A stretch of 64,000 nt of DNA from an uncultured Halieaceae bacterium (lineage in GTDB: Bacteria; Pseudomonadota; Gammaproteobacteria; Pseudomonadales; Halieaceae), in assembly GCA_963966765.1 (NCBI GenBank), contig CAXAAR010000002.1:553-64552 (forward strand), given 5' to 3'. Below, one piece after another: positions 1-10,111 of this stretch. The notes beneath the pieces were generated by a model. The model did not search any database, was not told where the DNA came from, and was given only the letters and a program-made list of their open reading frames with translations. The position numbers and the translations under genes are program-made. The number at the start of each line of letters is the position of its first letter. The stretch's first letter is position 1.

Positions 1-542
1 CCATTATCAATCCCAGGAGTCACGCTGACACCCACCTTCAGTGCCGTGCGCTTTGCTTCGTCTTTCAAACCTGCATCATGAACCGTTCTTGAACAAGGGC
101 CGATAAAATTCAGACCCGCACGTTCCATCGCAGCCACCATCGCTTGGTCCTCGGCCATAAAACCGTAACCCGCGAAAATAGCGTTGTAATCATTGGCTTT
201 GGCGATATCGATGATCTGCTGGATGCGCTGCTCACGCTCTTCTTTATTGGCACCGGTATAGTCAGGGACACGGTGCACGTGATTCGGATCTCGCATAGCA
301 CGCAGCTCAGGGGCCAGCGCATCTTGATAAACGATCGAATCTTTCTCGCTGAGCAAAATACCGAAATGAGTTATCCCCATTTCGGTAAAGACATCCATTA
401 CTTCCTTCCGAATTGGGCCTCGACAGATAATGAGTGGTCGCAACTCGCGGCAATCAAACTGCTTGACCCAAGCCGATGGATGTAAATAGAGCTGTCGCTG
501 TTTGTGAATCAACGCATTGTTTAAGTAGTATTCGTTCGACAC
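1..542 (-). CDS. Biotin carboxylase-type (ATP-grasp) subunit of a biotin-dependent carboxylase, 5' part only; gene continues past the left window edge
   Basis: Absent from the ORF track because no stop lies inside the window. My minus-strand translation starts at GTG 542-540, with AAGGAA 6 nt upstream: VSNEYYLNNALIHKQRQLYLHPSAWVKQFDCRELRPLIICRGPIRKEVMDVFTEMGITHFGILLSEKD...YNAIFAGYGFMAEDQAMVAAMERAGLNFIGPCSRTVHDAGLKDEAKRTALKVGVSVTPGIDN. The layout matches the N-terminal domain and the start of the ATP-grasp domain of biotin carboxylases. It lies 33 nt downstream of a carboxyltransferase gene. Confidence 0.7.
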   Translation of the reverse strand, partial: MSNEYYLNNALIHKQRQLYLHPSAWVKQFDCRELRPLIICRGPIRKEVMDVFTEMGITHFGILLSEKDSIVYQDALAPELRAMRDPNHVHRVPDYTGANKEEREQRIQQIIDIAKANDYNAIFAGYGFMAEDQAMVAAMERAGLNFIGPCSRTVHDAGLKDEAKRTALKVGVSVTPGIDN

Positions 543-575
543 AGAGGGTTCCTTTATAGGCAGTTGGCAGCGCGT

Positions 576-2309
576 TTAATGGAATTCGCGCTGCACACCA
601 GACAGTGGCTGAGGCGCATAGTGGCGCAAACAAAAGGCCATATGCTCCCCCAGTACGCTTCGCAAGTCTGAAGGCATCACAATCTGCGAAATTGATCCTA
701 GGCTAAGTGCTTCGTTTGGATTCATCAGCTCGCGCTCGTAACGCTGAGCCAGGCTCTGCTCCTCGGCTTTAACCCACCCATTGACCAACTCTTGCGCAGC
801 AGCTTGAGCCTCGCTCTGAGAAAGTCCGGCAGCCTGTTGAGCGACTACCTCCAGCTGTAGCTTCTGCTTAGCCGATTGACGAATGTTTTTCAGCTCGTCT
901 TTATACACATACTCAACACCCGCCGGGCCCATGACGGCCACGCGCGTTGTCGGCAAGGCGACAACGAAGTCAGCACCGGTGGCGTAATTGTTATAAGACG
1001 CGTATGCGCCGCCAAAAGCGTTTCGGACCAACACAAGGAACCGCGGCGTTCTCAAGTCGACGATGGCATCGAGCATAGCTCGACCCGCCTGCACAATTCC
1101 CCGGCTTTCTTGCTCTTTCCCCGGCAAGAATCCGGTGGTGTCTTCCAGAAAGATAACCGGAATATTGTACAAGTTGCAGAAGCGGATAAAACGGGCGTTT
1201 TTATAGGCCGCATCAACATCAATCTGACCTGAGGCAACTGCTGAATTGTTGGCGACGAAACCGACCACATTGCCACCCATGCGTCCGAGTGCAGTGATGG
1301 TGTTGCGAGCACGTTCAGGTTGAATCTCGAGAAAATCACCATGATCGCAGAGTTGCTGAATCATAATGGTGATATCAATAGGCGTGTTAAACCCTGTGGG
1401 GGAATTGAAGGCCTGTTTTAGCAGAATATCGATATCCCATGTTTTTCTGCTGAGCGGATCACTGGAACTCTGGACCGGCGCGAACTCGCCCGAATGGCTC
1501 GGTAGATAATTGAGTAGTTCACGCACTTTTCTCAGTGCCGCGACCTCGTCTTTAACGACGAAATCGGTGACACCGCTCTGCGAGTGGACACTGGGGCCAC
1601 CAAGCTCGTCTGGCGTGACGTCTTCACCTAGCACGGATTTCACAACTCCCGGCCCTGTCAGACCAAAGAAAGTCTCGTTAGGCTGAATCAAAAAACTACC
1701 CTGCCGTGGCAGATAAGAGCCGCCGCCCGCGTTGAATCCAAACATGCACATGATACTGGGTACGACCCCCGAAATTTTACGCAGCGCCGTGAACGCATCG
1801 GCATAGCCGTCGAGGCCACCCACGCCGGCCGGAATAAAAGCACCTGCGGAATCATTCAAACCCACCAGAGGAATTTTGCGCTGAGCCGCGAATTCGAATA
1901 GTCGCGCCAGCTTTTTACCGTTGGTCGCGTCCATTGAGCCAGCGCGGACGGTAAAATCGTGGCCATAAACTGCAACATCACGGCCATTGACCTGTATCAG
2001 CCCTGTTACGAGCGATGCGCCGTCTAAATTTGGCCCCCAGTTCTGATAAAAAATAGTCGCCGGGCCATCGCTCAAGCATTTGATTCGCTCCCAAATGGTC
2101 ATTCTATTTTTTTGATGCTGACGCATGATCGACTTGGTGCCGGCAGCACGGAATGGCTTTTGCTGGAGTTGCCAGGCTGCCTTGAGCGACTCTTCATAGA
2201 GCCCCGGCTCTGAGGCTATGGCGCCGGGTACTGAAAACGCTTGCGAGCGCTCTTTTTGAAATGGATTCTCGAGCGTGGGCTCTAGTGTTCTAGAACGTTG
2301 TTTCGACAT
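576..2309 (-). CDS. Acyl-CoA carboxylase carboxyltransferase (beta) subunit, substrate unassigned
   Basis: 577-aa ORF with carboxyl-transferase hallmarks ([54 protein letters not shown] and [31 protein letters not shown]). The architecture is MccB/PccB-like. A biotin-carboxylase gene follows. Confidence 0.85.
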   Translation of the reverse strand: MSKQRSRTLEPTLENPFQKERSQAFSVPGAIASEPGLYEESLKAAWQLQQKPFRAAGTKSIMRQHQKNRMTIWERIKCLSDGPATIFYQNWGPNLDGASLVTGLIQVNGRDVAVYGHDFTVRAGSMDATNGKKLARLFEFAAQRKIPLVGLNDSAGAFIPAGVGGLDGYADAFTALRKISGVVPSIMCMFGFNAGGGSYLPRQGSFLIQPNETFFGLTGPGVVKSVLGEDVTPDELGGPSVHSQSGVTDFVVKDEVAALRKVRELLNYLPSHSGEFAPVQSSSDPLSRKTWDIDILLKQAFNSPTGFNTPIDITIMIQQLCDHGDFLEIQPERARNTITALGRMGGNVVGFVANNSAVASGQIDVDAAYKNARFIRFCNLYNIPVIFLEDTTGFLPGKEQESRGIVQAGRAMLDAIVDLRTPRFLVLVRNAFGGAYASYNNYATGADFVVALPTTRVAVMGPAGVEYVYKDELKNIRQSAKQKLQLEVVAQQAAGLSQSEAQAAAQELVNGWVKAEEQSLAQRYERELMNPNEALSLGSISQIVMPSDLRSVLGEHMAFCLRHYAPQPLSGVQREFH

Positions 2310-2540
2310 CTCGCGGCTCTCTTGTGTGTCTTGTCTTAAGTGGCGCGTCCGACCAAAATGACGCTTGGCTGATGCACTGATAATTGGCTTGTATCCCAGG
2401 CGATCACACTACCGCAAACCGGTGAAAAGTCAATTTGTGACCTATTTATGCGACTGGTTCTGTAGCCCAAATGGCTTAGATCCTTGGTCTTTTTTATCAC
2501 CTTACGCTACTGTACTCCCTAACAGAGTTACGAGTTCTTT

Positions 2541-3884
2541 ATGCGCGTTCCAAACGTTGAATGTCTCCCCTACTCCACTGATACCATAGCGCTTGCTGAA
2601 CTTTTAAGCGAGCGAGAGGGTTTTGTGTTTCTGGACAGCGCCAGCGCTTCGTCTGCGAACCAAGGTCTTGATATTCTGACGTGCCTGCCAGAGCAGATTA
2701 TTGAGTGTCAAAGCACACATCCTGACGATACAGAGGCTTTCTTTCGAAGCTGGACTTCTGCCTATTTGCGCCGCCGAAATGCAGCGACCTTAGAGTACCC
2801 CTTTACCGGTGGATGGATCGGCGCGTTAAGCTATGATCTCGGTGAATCATTGGTCGGTATTCGACGCGGCATCGAACACCAAACTCAAGCGGTTGCCTTC
2901 GCCGCTTACTACGCTTGGGCACTCGTGATCGACCACACTCACAAAAAGTGTCTATGGGTCGATGATGGCACTGATTTGGGCTCAGAAATACGGTCTATCA
3001 AGCAGAGCATAGCCGCTATATTAAGCGTGCCGCAGCGTACCGAGACCCTTGATCAGAAGCCATTGTCTCTGGCATGGACGCCCGTGGCCGATCGCCAGCA
3101 TTACGAGACCAACTTCGAGCGCATACGCAGTTATCTGGTCGCGGGCGATTGTTACCAGATTAACTATGCACAGGCGTTCCGTTGCCAACTCACGGATTCA
3201 TGGCATGCCTACAAGACCCTGCGAACACGGAACGCCGGTCCTTACAGCGCGTGCTTGTTGAATAGCCCGCTTGCCGACATTTTATGCTTTTCACCGGAGC
3301 TCTTTATCGAGGTGAATGGGCGGGACGTAAAGACTCGCCCCATTAAAGGGACTGCGAGCCGGCACCGAGATCCGCAACGTGATCAAGAAGAGGCGGATCA
3401 GCTGCTGGGATCGTCTAAAAATCGAGCCGAGAACGTAATGATAGTTGACTTGCTCCGCAACGACCTTGGTCGAGTTTGTGAGCCCGGTTCAGTTCAAACA
3501 ACTGCCTTATGTGAACTCACCTCTTACCCCACAGTGCATCATTTAACCAGCGAAGTCGTTGGCAAACTCAGGGCCGATCAAACACCGATCTCGCTGCTTG
3601 AAGGCAGTTTCCCCGGGGGGTCCATTACCGGCGCGCCCAAAAAACGAGCCATGCAAATTATCAGGGAACTAGAACCTGAACCAAGGGGGATATACTGCGG
3701 AACGATTTTTGCGCTGAGTAATGACGGGCAGCTCAGAAGTAATATCTGCATTCGAACTATTAGCGTATCTATGAGCAACGCCACCGTCTGGGGCGGTGGC
3801 GGGATTGTTTGGGATTCTACCTGCGGATCGGAATATCGAGAAACCCTGCAGAAACTGTCGAAGATACTCTCTAGCGCAGACTAG
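2541..3884 (+). CDS. pabB: Aminodeoxychorismate synthase component I (chorismate-binding enzyme family)
   Basis: 447-aa ORF with the chorismate-binding C-terminal signature SFPGGSITGAPKKRAMQIIRELEPEPRGIYCGTIF. The size fits PabB better than TrpE, but another member of this enzyme family cannot be fully excluded. Confidence 0.75.
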   Translation: MRVPNVECLPYSTDTIALAELLSEREGFVFLDSASASSANQGLDILTCLPEQIIECQSTHPDDTEAFFRSWTSAYLRRRNAATLEYPFTGGWIGALSYDLGESLVGIRRGIEHQTQAVAFAAYYAWALVIDHTHKKCLWVDDGTDLGSEIRSIKQSIAAILSVPQRTETLDQKPLSLAWTPVADRQHYETNFERIRSYLVAGDCYQINYAQAFRCQLTDSWHAYKTLRTRNAGPYSACLLNSPLADILCFSPELFIEVNGRDVKTRPIKGTASRHRDPQRDQEEADQLLGSSKNRAENVMIVDLLRNDLGRVCEPGSVQTTALCELTSYPTVHHLTSEVVGKLRADQTPISLLEGSFPGGSITGAPKKRAMQIIRELEPEPRGIYCGTIFALSNDGQLRSNICIRTISVSMSNATVWGGGGIVWDSTCGSEYRETLQKLSKILSSAD

Positions 3885-4504
3885 AGAGTGATCTCTCGCT
3901 CGCTCGCTTCTGCTATGAGTCGCTGTAAATCCTGATACTCATCAACCGCTTGGAATTGAGGAAATTCCTCTTTGACCTTACTGGGCGCGTGAAACAAGAA
4001 TCCAACATCCGCCTCAGCCAACATTGAGGTGTCATTATACGAATCACCAGCAGCAAAGATGCGGTAATTCAGGGAATGCAGTGCTTGCACAGCCGCTCTT
4101 TTAGGATCCTTTTGTCGCAGGTGATAATCAACGACGATGCCATTTTCGTCTGTCTCTAATCGATGACAGAGCAATGTCGGCCATCCGAGCTGCTTCATTA
4201 GCGGGGCTGAAAACTCATAAAAAGTATCGCTCAGAATAATGACTTGGAAGTTGCGATTGAGCCAGTCTACGAAGGCCTTGGCGCCCGGCAGCGGTTCAAG
4301 AGTGGCAATCACAGCTTGAATGTCTTGCAGGGTTAAACCGTGATCCTTCAGGATTTGTAATCGATAGCGCATTAATACGTCGTAATCAGGCTCATCACGA
4401 GTGGTTTTTTTAAGGCTCTCAATGCCTGTTTTCTCTGCGAACGCAATCCAAATCTCAGGGATGAGTACCCCTTCCAAATCGAGACACACTAATTCCACGG
4501 ACAA
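3881..4504 (-). CDS. thrH: Bifunctional phosphoserine phosphatase / homoserine phosphotransferase ThrH (HAD family)
   Basis: 207-aa ORF. The N-terminus VCLDLEGVLIPEIWIAFAEKTGIESLKKTTRDEPDYDVLM and the later ILSDTFYEFSAPLMKQLGWPTLLCH...AAGDSYNDTSML closely resemble Pseudomonas ThrH as I recall it. The DxDG HAD motif is present. Confidence 0.85.
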   Translation of the reverse strand: MSVELVCLDLEGVLIPEIWIAFAEKTGIESLKKTTRDEPDYDVLMRYRLQILKDHGLTLQDIQAVIATLEPLPGAKAFVDWLNRNFQVIILSDTFYEFSAPLMKQLGWPTLLCHRLETDENGIVVDYHLRQKDPKRAAVQALHSLNYRIFAAGDSYNDTSMLAEADVGFLFHAPSKVKEEFPQFQAVDEYQDLQRLIAEASEREITL

Positions 4505-4518
4505 CTCCTTCTGAATAA

Positions 4519-5502
<984 letters not shown>

Positions 5503-5560
5503 TCATCCGATCTTGGTTATAACAGTTTGCTATAGAGCGCCATTGTTGGCTACGATTTTG

Positions 5561-6457
5561 TTATGAAGCATCGTCTTGTCTTTGATTCGCAACGCCGTGC
5601 GGCACATGTCCTGTTGTCACGTGGGCGCTAGCAGCTTCACAGTGCACCGCTTGGTCATCAAAAAACACATCGGCCTGATAAGCCTGCAGGAATGCAGACT
5701 TATCCATTCCACCCAGAAAAATCGACTCATCAATACGAACATTCCATGCCCGTAAAGTTCGGATAACTCGTTCATGCGCTGGAGCAGAACGGGCAGTCAC
5801 TAGGGCAGTGCGAATCACGGACGCTGTTGCTGGCACCGTCTGTTGAAGCTCATGCAAAGCTCTCAGGAAGCCGCGGAACGGCCCCCCTGACAGAGGTTCT
5901 TTCGCAGACGCGCGCTCAGACTGAGCGAAAGCGGCAAGACCCTCTGATTTGTATACCCTTTCCGCCTCATCCGAGAACAAGACGGCGTCGCCATCGAACG
6001 CAATTCGCAGCTGCGGATGTTTGGATTCGGTTGTCCCATGAGACACCAGTGTTGCTGCCGCAACGCCGTTGTCGAGTGCGGCGCGCACATCATCGGATTC
6101 AGTAGACAAGAACAGGTGGCAACCAAAAGCGGTAATGTAGCGCCAGGGCGATTCCCCGCCACAAAAAGCGGCCCGAGTAATCGGCAAATTATGGTGTTCG
6201 ATCGAATTGAATACCCGAAGACCGGTATCTGCGCTGTTTCTTGATAGCAGCACTACTTCCACACCGGCATCAAATTGAGCGTTCAAGCCCAGCAATTTCC
6301 GAACAAAACCAAACGCCTCACCCGGCGCCAGCGGTTCATCTTCGTGCTCTATCTGATACGCCGCGTAGGCATCGAGCCCCTGCTGCTCGAAGACTTGATG
6401 GCTCTCACTCATGTCAAATAGAGCTCGAGACGATATCGCAATAACGAGCCGCGGCAT
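5561..6457 (-). CDS. 5'-nucleotidase family protein (cytosolic 5'-nucleotidase-like)
   Basis: 298-aa ORF. MPRLVIAISSRALFDMSESHQVFEQQGLDAYAAYQ...FDGDAVLFSDEAERVY... matches my recollection of the bacterial 5'-nucleotidase (HAD-like) family. It is called from sequence memory only. Confidence 0.6.
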   Translation of the reverse strand: MPRLVIAISSRALFDMSESHQVFEQQGLDAYAAYQIEHEDEPLAPGEAFGFVRKLLGLNAQFDAGVEVVLLSRNSADTGLRVFNSIEHHNLPITRAAFCGGESPWRYITAFGCHLFLSTESDDVRAALDNGVAAATLVSHGTTESKHPQLRIAFDGDAVLFSDEAERVYKSEGLAAFAQSERASAKEPLSGGPFRGFLRALHELQQTVPATASVIRTALVTARSAPAHERVIRTLRAWNVRIDESIFLGGMDKSAFLQAYQADVFFDDQAVHCEAASAHVTTGHVPHGVANQRQDDAS

Positions 6458-6463
6458 GAACTT

Positions 6464-6808
6464 TTAGCCTTCGGCGCCAATATTTTTGAGCGTACCCTTG
6501 GGTAAAACTGCGTGAACGTGCACGCGCTGGAATTTCATATCGACTTTGTCGGCCACCGTAATGATCATGTAGCTGTCATCTAACTTCACAACACGACCTA
6601 AGATACCTGAGGTGGTCACTATCTCATCACCTTTCGCGAGCCCTGCAACCAATTCCTGGTGTTCTTTTTGACGCTTTCGTTGTGGGCGGATCGCAATGAA
6701 GTAGAACAGCACAAATAAGCCAACCAGAAAGAAAATCTGGAATAGTTCGCCGCCAGCGGGAGCCGAGCCCGCAGTTTGGGCGTGTGCATTAGCAATAAAA
6801 AAACTCAT
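6464..6808 (-). CDS. yajC: Preprotein translocase subunit YajC
   Basis: 114 aa with a single TM. IRPQRKRQKEHQELVAGLAKGDEIVTTSGILGRVVKLDDSYMII is the canonical YajC core. Confidence 0.9.
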   Translation of the reverse strand: MSFFIANAHAQTAGSAPAGGELFQIFFLVGLFVLFYFIAIRPQRKRQKEHQELVAGLAKGDEIVTTSGILGRVVKLDDSYMIITVADKVDMKFQRVHVHAVLPKGTLKNIGAEG

Positions 6809-7224
6809 GTAAGATCCTCAAGCAGTCGTCAGTGATTAATTGTGGCAAAGCAGTATAACTGGCTGCCCGCATAATACCTCAAATCTGAGTCAAAGTAGCT
6901 TCGAAAATGAATCAAAAAGAGACACAACTCGGGTTCGAGTAAGCCACTTCAACGACCTGAAGCGACATATACCGCCTGGAGACACGTCGAAATTATAGTC
7001 AGGTGTAATGGGCTCACAATTATGTAGCGCTCGCAGTTTGGTGTCGTTAGATCTCCATATAATTCATAAGGTTAAAGGCAATAATTCTAGCTGAGCCACG
7101 CATTTGCAAAGATTATCTTAATTCACACTAAGCTTTACATTACCAAAAGTTTAGACAAAAATGGCGACCGGTTAATACTCGTGCGCTATCACCGTAGGCA
7201 CAGATCGTTTATTGTGAGGGACTT

Positions 7225-7674
7225 ATGCAAAATTTAGTGCTGCCACGTACACTGCTCGCACTTAGCAGAGTGTTTGAAGTGAAAGCTCTGACTGCCCTCC
7301 ATGCCGCTGGGCACATCAAACTGCGTCGATCTCATTATGCCGTCTTCGCCTACATCGGGCGCGGCACTGTGCGCGTGTCTGATCTTGCCGAGCGCACCCA
7401 GCAAACTCAGCAGGGCATGGGGAAAACGCTAAGAGAACTCGAACAGCTGGGCTATATCACACGAGCAATCGATGCCACCGACAAGCGTGCCAAAGCGATC
7501 AGCTTAACGGCGAGCGGCGAGACTGTGATTGATCTGATGCAGAAAAGCTTCACAGCCACACGACAGGAACACGCCAAACTGCTAGAACAAGGCGAAAACG
7601 ATGAGTTGTACGCCTTGCTGGAAAAATTAGTCACAGAAGCCAAGCTCGACACGCCCGGCCAGTACTGGTCGTAA
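7225..7674 (+). CDS. MarR-family transcriptional regulator
   Basis: 149 aa with a winged-helix core (RVSDLAERTQQTQQGMGKTLRELEQLGYITRAIDATDKRAKAISLTASG) typical of MarR/SlyA regulators. Confidence 0.8.
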   Translation: MQNLVLPRTLLALSRVFEVKALTALHAAGHIKLRRSHYAVFAYIGRGTVRVSDLAERTQQTQQGMGKTLRELEQLGYITRAIDATDKRAKAISLTASGETVIDLMQKSFTATRQEHAKLLEQGENDELYALLEKLVTEAKLDTPGQYWS

Positions 7675-7683
7675 GCGTCAAAC

Positions 7684-8148
7684 TCAGTCCGCGAGAAGCG
7701 TTAACACATCATCGTGATGGGATTTAGTCTTCACCTTATCCATCACATGGGTCAAGACGCCATCGGCATTGATAATAAACGTGGTTCTCAGTAAGCCCTC
7801 GTATTCTTTCCCCATAAACTGCTTCATACCCCAGCATTGATAAGCACCTGCAACCGCATGATCCTCGTCGCTTAATAAACTGAATGACAGATCATATTTA
7901 TCGATGAATTTTTGCAGGCGAGGATAAGGGTCGGGGCTGATACCCAGAACCACAGCCCCCCGTGCATTGAACTGGTCGATACTGTCGCGGATACCGCACG
8001 CCTGAACCGTGCATCCCGGGGTCATCGCTTTTGGGTAAAAATAAAGAACGACAGTTTGCCCCAGAAAATCACTGAGACGGACCACATCCCCTGCTTCATT
8101 CGGTAGCGAAAAATCTGGTGCCTGTGTGCCTATTAATGGGTGTGTCAT
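7684..8148 (-). CDS. bcp: Thioredoxin-dependent thiol peroxidase (peroxiredoxin Q/BCP)
   Basis: 154 aa. VVLYFYPKAMTPGCTVQACGIRD carries the peroxidatic and resolving Cys arrangement of Bcp. Confidence 0.9.
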   Translation of the reverse strand: MTHPLIGTQAPDFSLPNEAGDVVRLSDFLGQTVVLYFYPKAMTPGCTVQACGIRDSIDQFNARGAVVLGISPDPYPRLQKFIDKYDLSFSLLSDEDHAVAGAYQCWGMKQFMGKEYEGLLRTTFIINADGVLTHVMDKVKTKSHHDDVLTLLAD

Positions 8149-8164
8149 AGTACCTCACTAATGT

Positions 8165-9502
8165 TTACTGAGAATTTAAAGAAGACTCTGACGTCTCTGA
8201 GTCGCCTTCATGATTGTCTTGGTGATGCTGAGCTAGCTGTTTCTTGTGTCGAGCGCCCAATTCGCTGAGTGATTCAATCTTGCTGATAAAGTTACCCCGC
8301 CCCAGGGTGAGTCTTGTTTTACCTTGCATCAACGCGGCGTGCGCCTTGCTCAAGTGCTTATCGACCTCATCGAGTGACTCGAGCAACCGTACCGCTTGGT
8401 CATATAAACTGCCAGCTGCGGCTGCTATTTTTTCAGCGTTCTTATTTTGCTGCTCGTAGCGCCACAGCGTTTGGACAGTCTTCAGTGTAGCCAGCAAGGT
8501 GGTTGGACTCACGACAATGACACCTTTGTCGTACGCTCGTTTAAATAACTCTGGATCAGACTCGAAAGCACTCATAAAGGCTGATTCGATAGGGATGAAC
8601 ATCAAAACGAAATCGAGACTGCGAAGTCCTTCTAGCCATTCGTAGTTTTTGCTCCCTAAGGCATCGATATGTTGAGCAATGTTGCGAGACTGTACAGCGA
8701 GTGCTGCCTTTCTGCTATCTTCGTCATCGCTGTTCATGGCTTGTACGTAGGCATTTAAAGACACTTTTGAGTCGATGATAATATCTCGCTCATCGGGCAG
8801 GTGCACAATGACGTCGGGCAGACGTCGATTCCCGTCAGTGTCGCGATGCTGACTCTGTGTGTCGTATTCATGACCTTTTCGGAGGCCGGATTGCTCCAGC
8901 ACGCGCTCGAGTATGACTTCACCCCAATTACCTTGGAGTTTCTTGTCTCCGCGAAGTGCTTTGGCTAAGTTTTCAGCATCTCCAGACAGTTTTTGATTGA
9001 GCTGCCGGAGTTGCGTCAGTTCAGATTGCAGCAATGCGCGATCGGCCAACTGCTTTTCGTGGACGTCTTCTACCTTACCCCTAAAATCGGTAAGCTGCTG
9101 TCTTAGCGGGCTCAGTGTCATCGTTAGCAGGTCACTACTGCTTTTTTGAAGCTGCTCCGACTTTTCACTCAACAACTGCGCGGCGAGTAACTTAAACTCA
9201 GAAGACAACTCTTTTTTCATTGCTTCGGTATCCGCTTCTAGGCGCTCTCGACTCACCTCGGAGGCCTGCTTCTCTGCTTCCAGTCGAGCCACCATGAGCT
9301 GTGAGGCCTGAAGTTGAGAAGCAAGCAACTCGCGCTCCTCTCGAAGCTCACCTGCAGACTGGGTCGACTGCAACAAGGTGTGTTCCAAACGATCGCAGTC
9401 ACGTTCTTGTTGCCGCCACAAGCCTCGATAATAGATCGCAAATCCACCGGTAAGAACAGCAAGGCTTGCCAGCGCCAACCACAGAGCGTCTAGCTCAAAC
9501 AT
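8165..9502 (-). CDS. rmuC: DNA recombination protein RmuC
   Basis: 445 aa with an N-terminal TM, a long coiled coil and a C-terminal RmuC nuclease-like region (PDVIVHLPDERDIIIDSKVSLNAY...FVLMFIPIESAF). Confidence 0.9.
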   Translation of the reverse strand: MFELDALWLALASLAVLTGGFAIYYRGLWRQQERDCDRLEHTLLQSTQSAGELREERELLASQLQASQLMVARLEAEKQASEVSRERLEADTEAMKKELSSEFKLLAAQLLSEKSEQLQKSSSDLLTMTLSPLRQQLTDFRGKVEDVHEKQLADRALLQSELTQLRQLNQKLSGDAENLAKALRGDKKLQGNWGEVILERVLEQSGLRKGHEYDTQSQHRDTDGNRRLPDVIVHLPDERDIIIDSKVSLNAYVQAMNSDDEDSRKAALAVQSRNIAQHIDALGSKNYEWLEGLRSLDFVLMFIPIESAFMSAFESDPELFKRAYDKGVIVVSPTTLLATLKTVQTLWRYEQQNKNAEKIAAAAGSLYDQAVRLLESLDEVDKHLSKAHAALMQGKTRLTLGRGNFISKIESLSELGARHKKQLAQHHQDNHEGDSETSESSLNSQ

Positions 9503-10043
9503 TCCGAGGTTTTCTCACTACCGTGTCAACACGCATGGGGTAACCCTTCCCCGCTTTGGTATCTTCGAAATAGCTTCGTAAAGTTTCGGCAACGACTGGA
9601 AAAGCAAGCTCATCCCAAGGGATCTCGGATTCTGAAAACAGGGCAGTTTCAAGGCTCTCCGGCCCCACGCCGTAGTGGCCGTCGATCAGTGAACACAGGT
9701 AAAACAGGTACACTTGACTGATGCCTGGGACATCAAATAAGTAATACAGCGAAAGGTTGCTGACACGAGCGCGAGCCTCCTCCCAAGTCTCCCGCTCCGC
9801 ACCTTGCGAGGTCGTCTCGTTATTCTCCATGAATCCGGCTGGGAGTGTCCATTTACCACGACGGGGCTCAATTGCCCGTTTGCACAGCAAGACGCGACCC
9901 TGAAAAACAGGCAAACATCCAACGATAATTTTAGGATTTGAGTAGTGAATCAGATTGCATTGTGTACAGGTGAATCGTTCGCGATCATCGTTATCAGGAA
10001 TCTTCAGGTCGACCGGGTGTCCACACGCGCTACAGTACTTCAT
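9495..10043 (-). CDS. NUDIX hydrolase with N-terminal zinc ribbon
   Basis: 182 aa with CSACG...CTQC Zn-ribbon cysteines and the Nudix box GFMENNETTSQGAERETWEEARA. Confidence 0.8.
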   Translation of the reverse strand: MKYCSACGHPVDLKIPDNDDRERFTCTQCNLIHYSNPKIIVGCLPVFQGRVLLCKRAIEPRRGKWTLPAGFMENNETTSQGAERETWEEARARVSNLSLYYLFDVPGISQVYLFYLCSLIDGHYGVGPESLETALFSESEIPWDELAFPVVAETLRSYFEDTKAGKGYPMRVDTVVRKPRNV

Positions 10044-10111
10044 GCCGTATCCAAAATAATCTTGAGTGCGGCATTATAGAGTCTTGAGGTGCCATTTGCA
10101 CTCCACCAGGC

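Noticed and set aside
144-485. 113-aa plus-strand ORF at the left edge
   Set aside because: It is antisense to an open minus-strand frame that gives a clear biotin-carboxylase N-terminus. The plus-strand product is not protein-like.
2365-2589. 74-aa ORF in the carboxylase-pabB divergent intergenic region
   Set aside because: It overlaps the pabB start, has odd composition and no ribosome-binding site. It is most likely promoter or UTR DNA.
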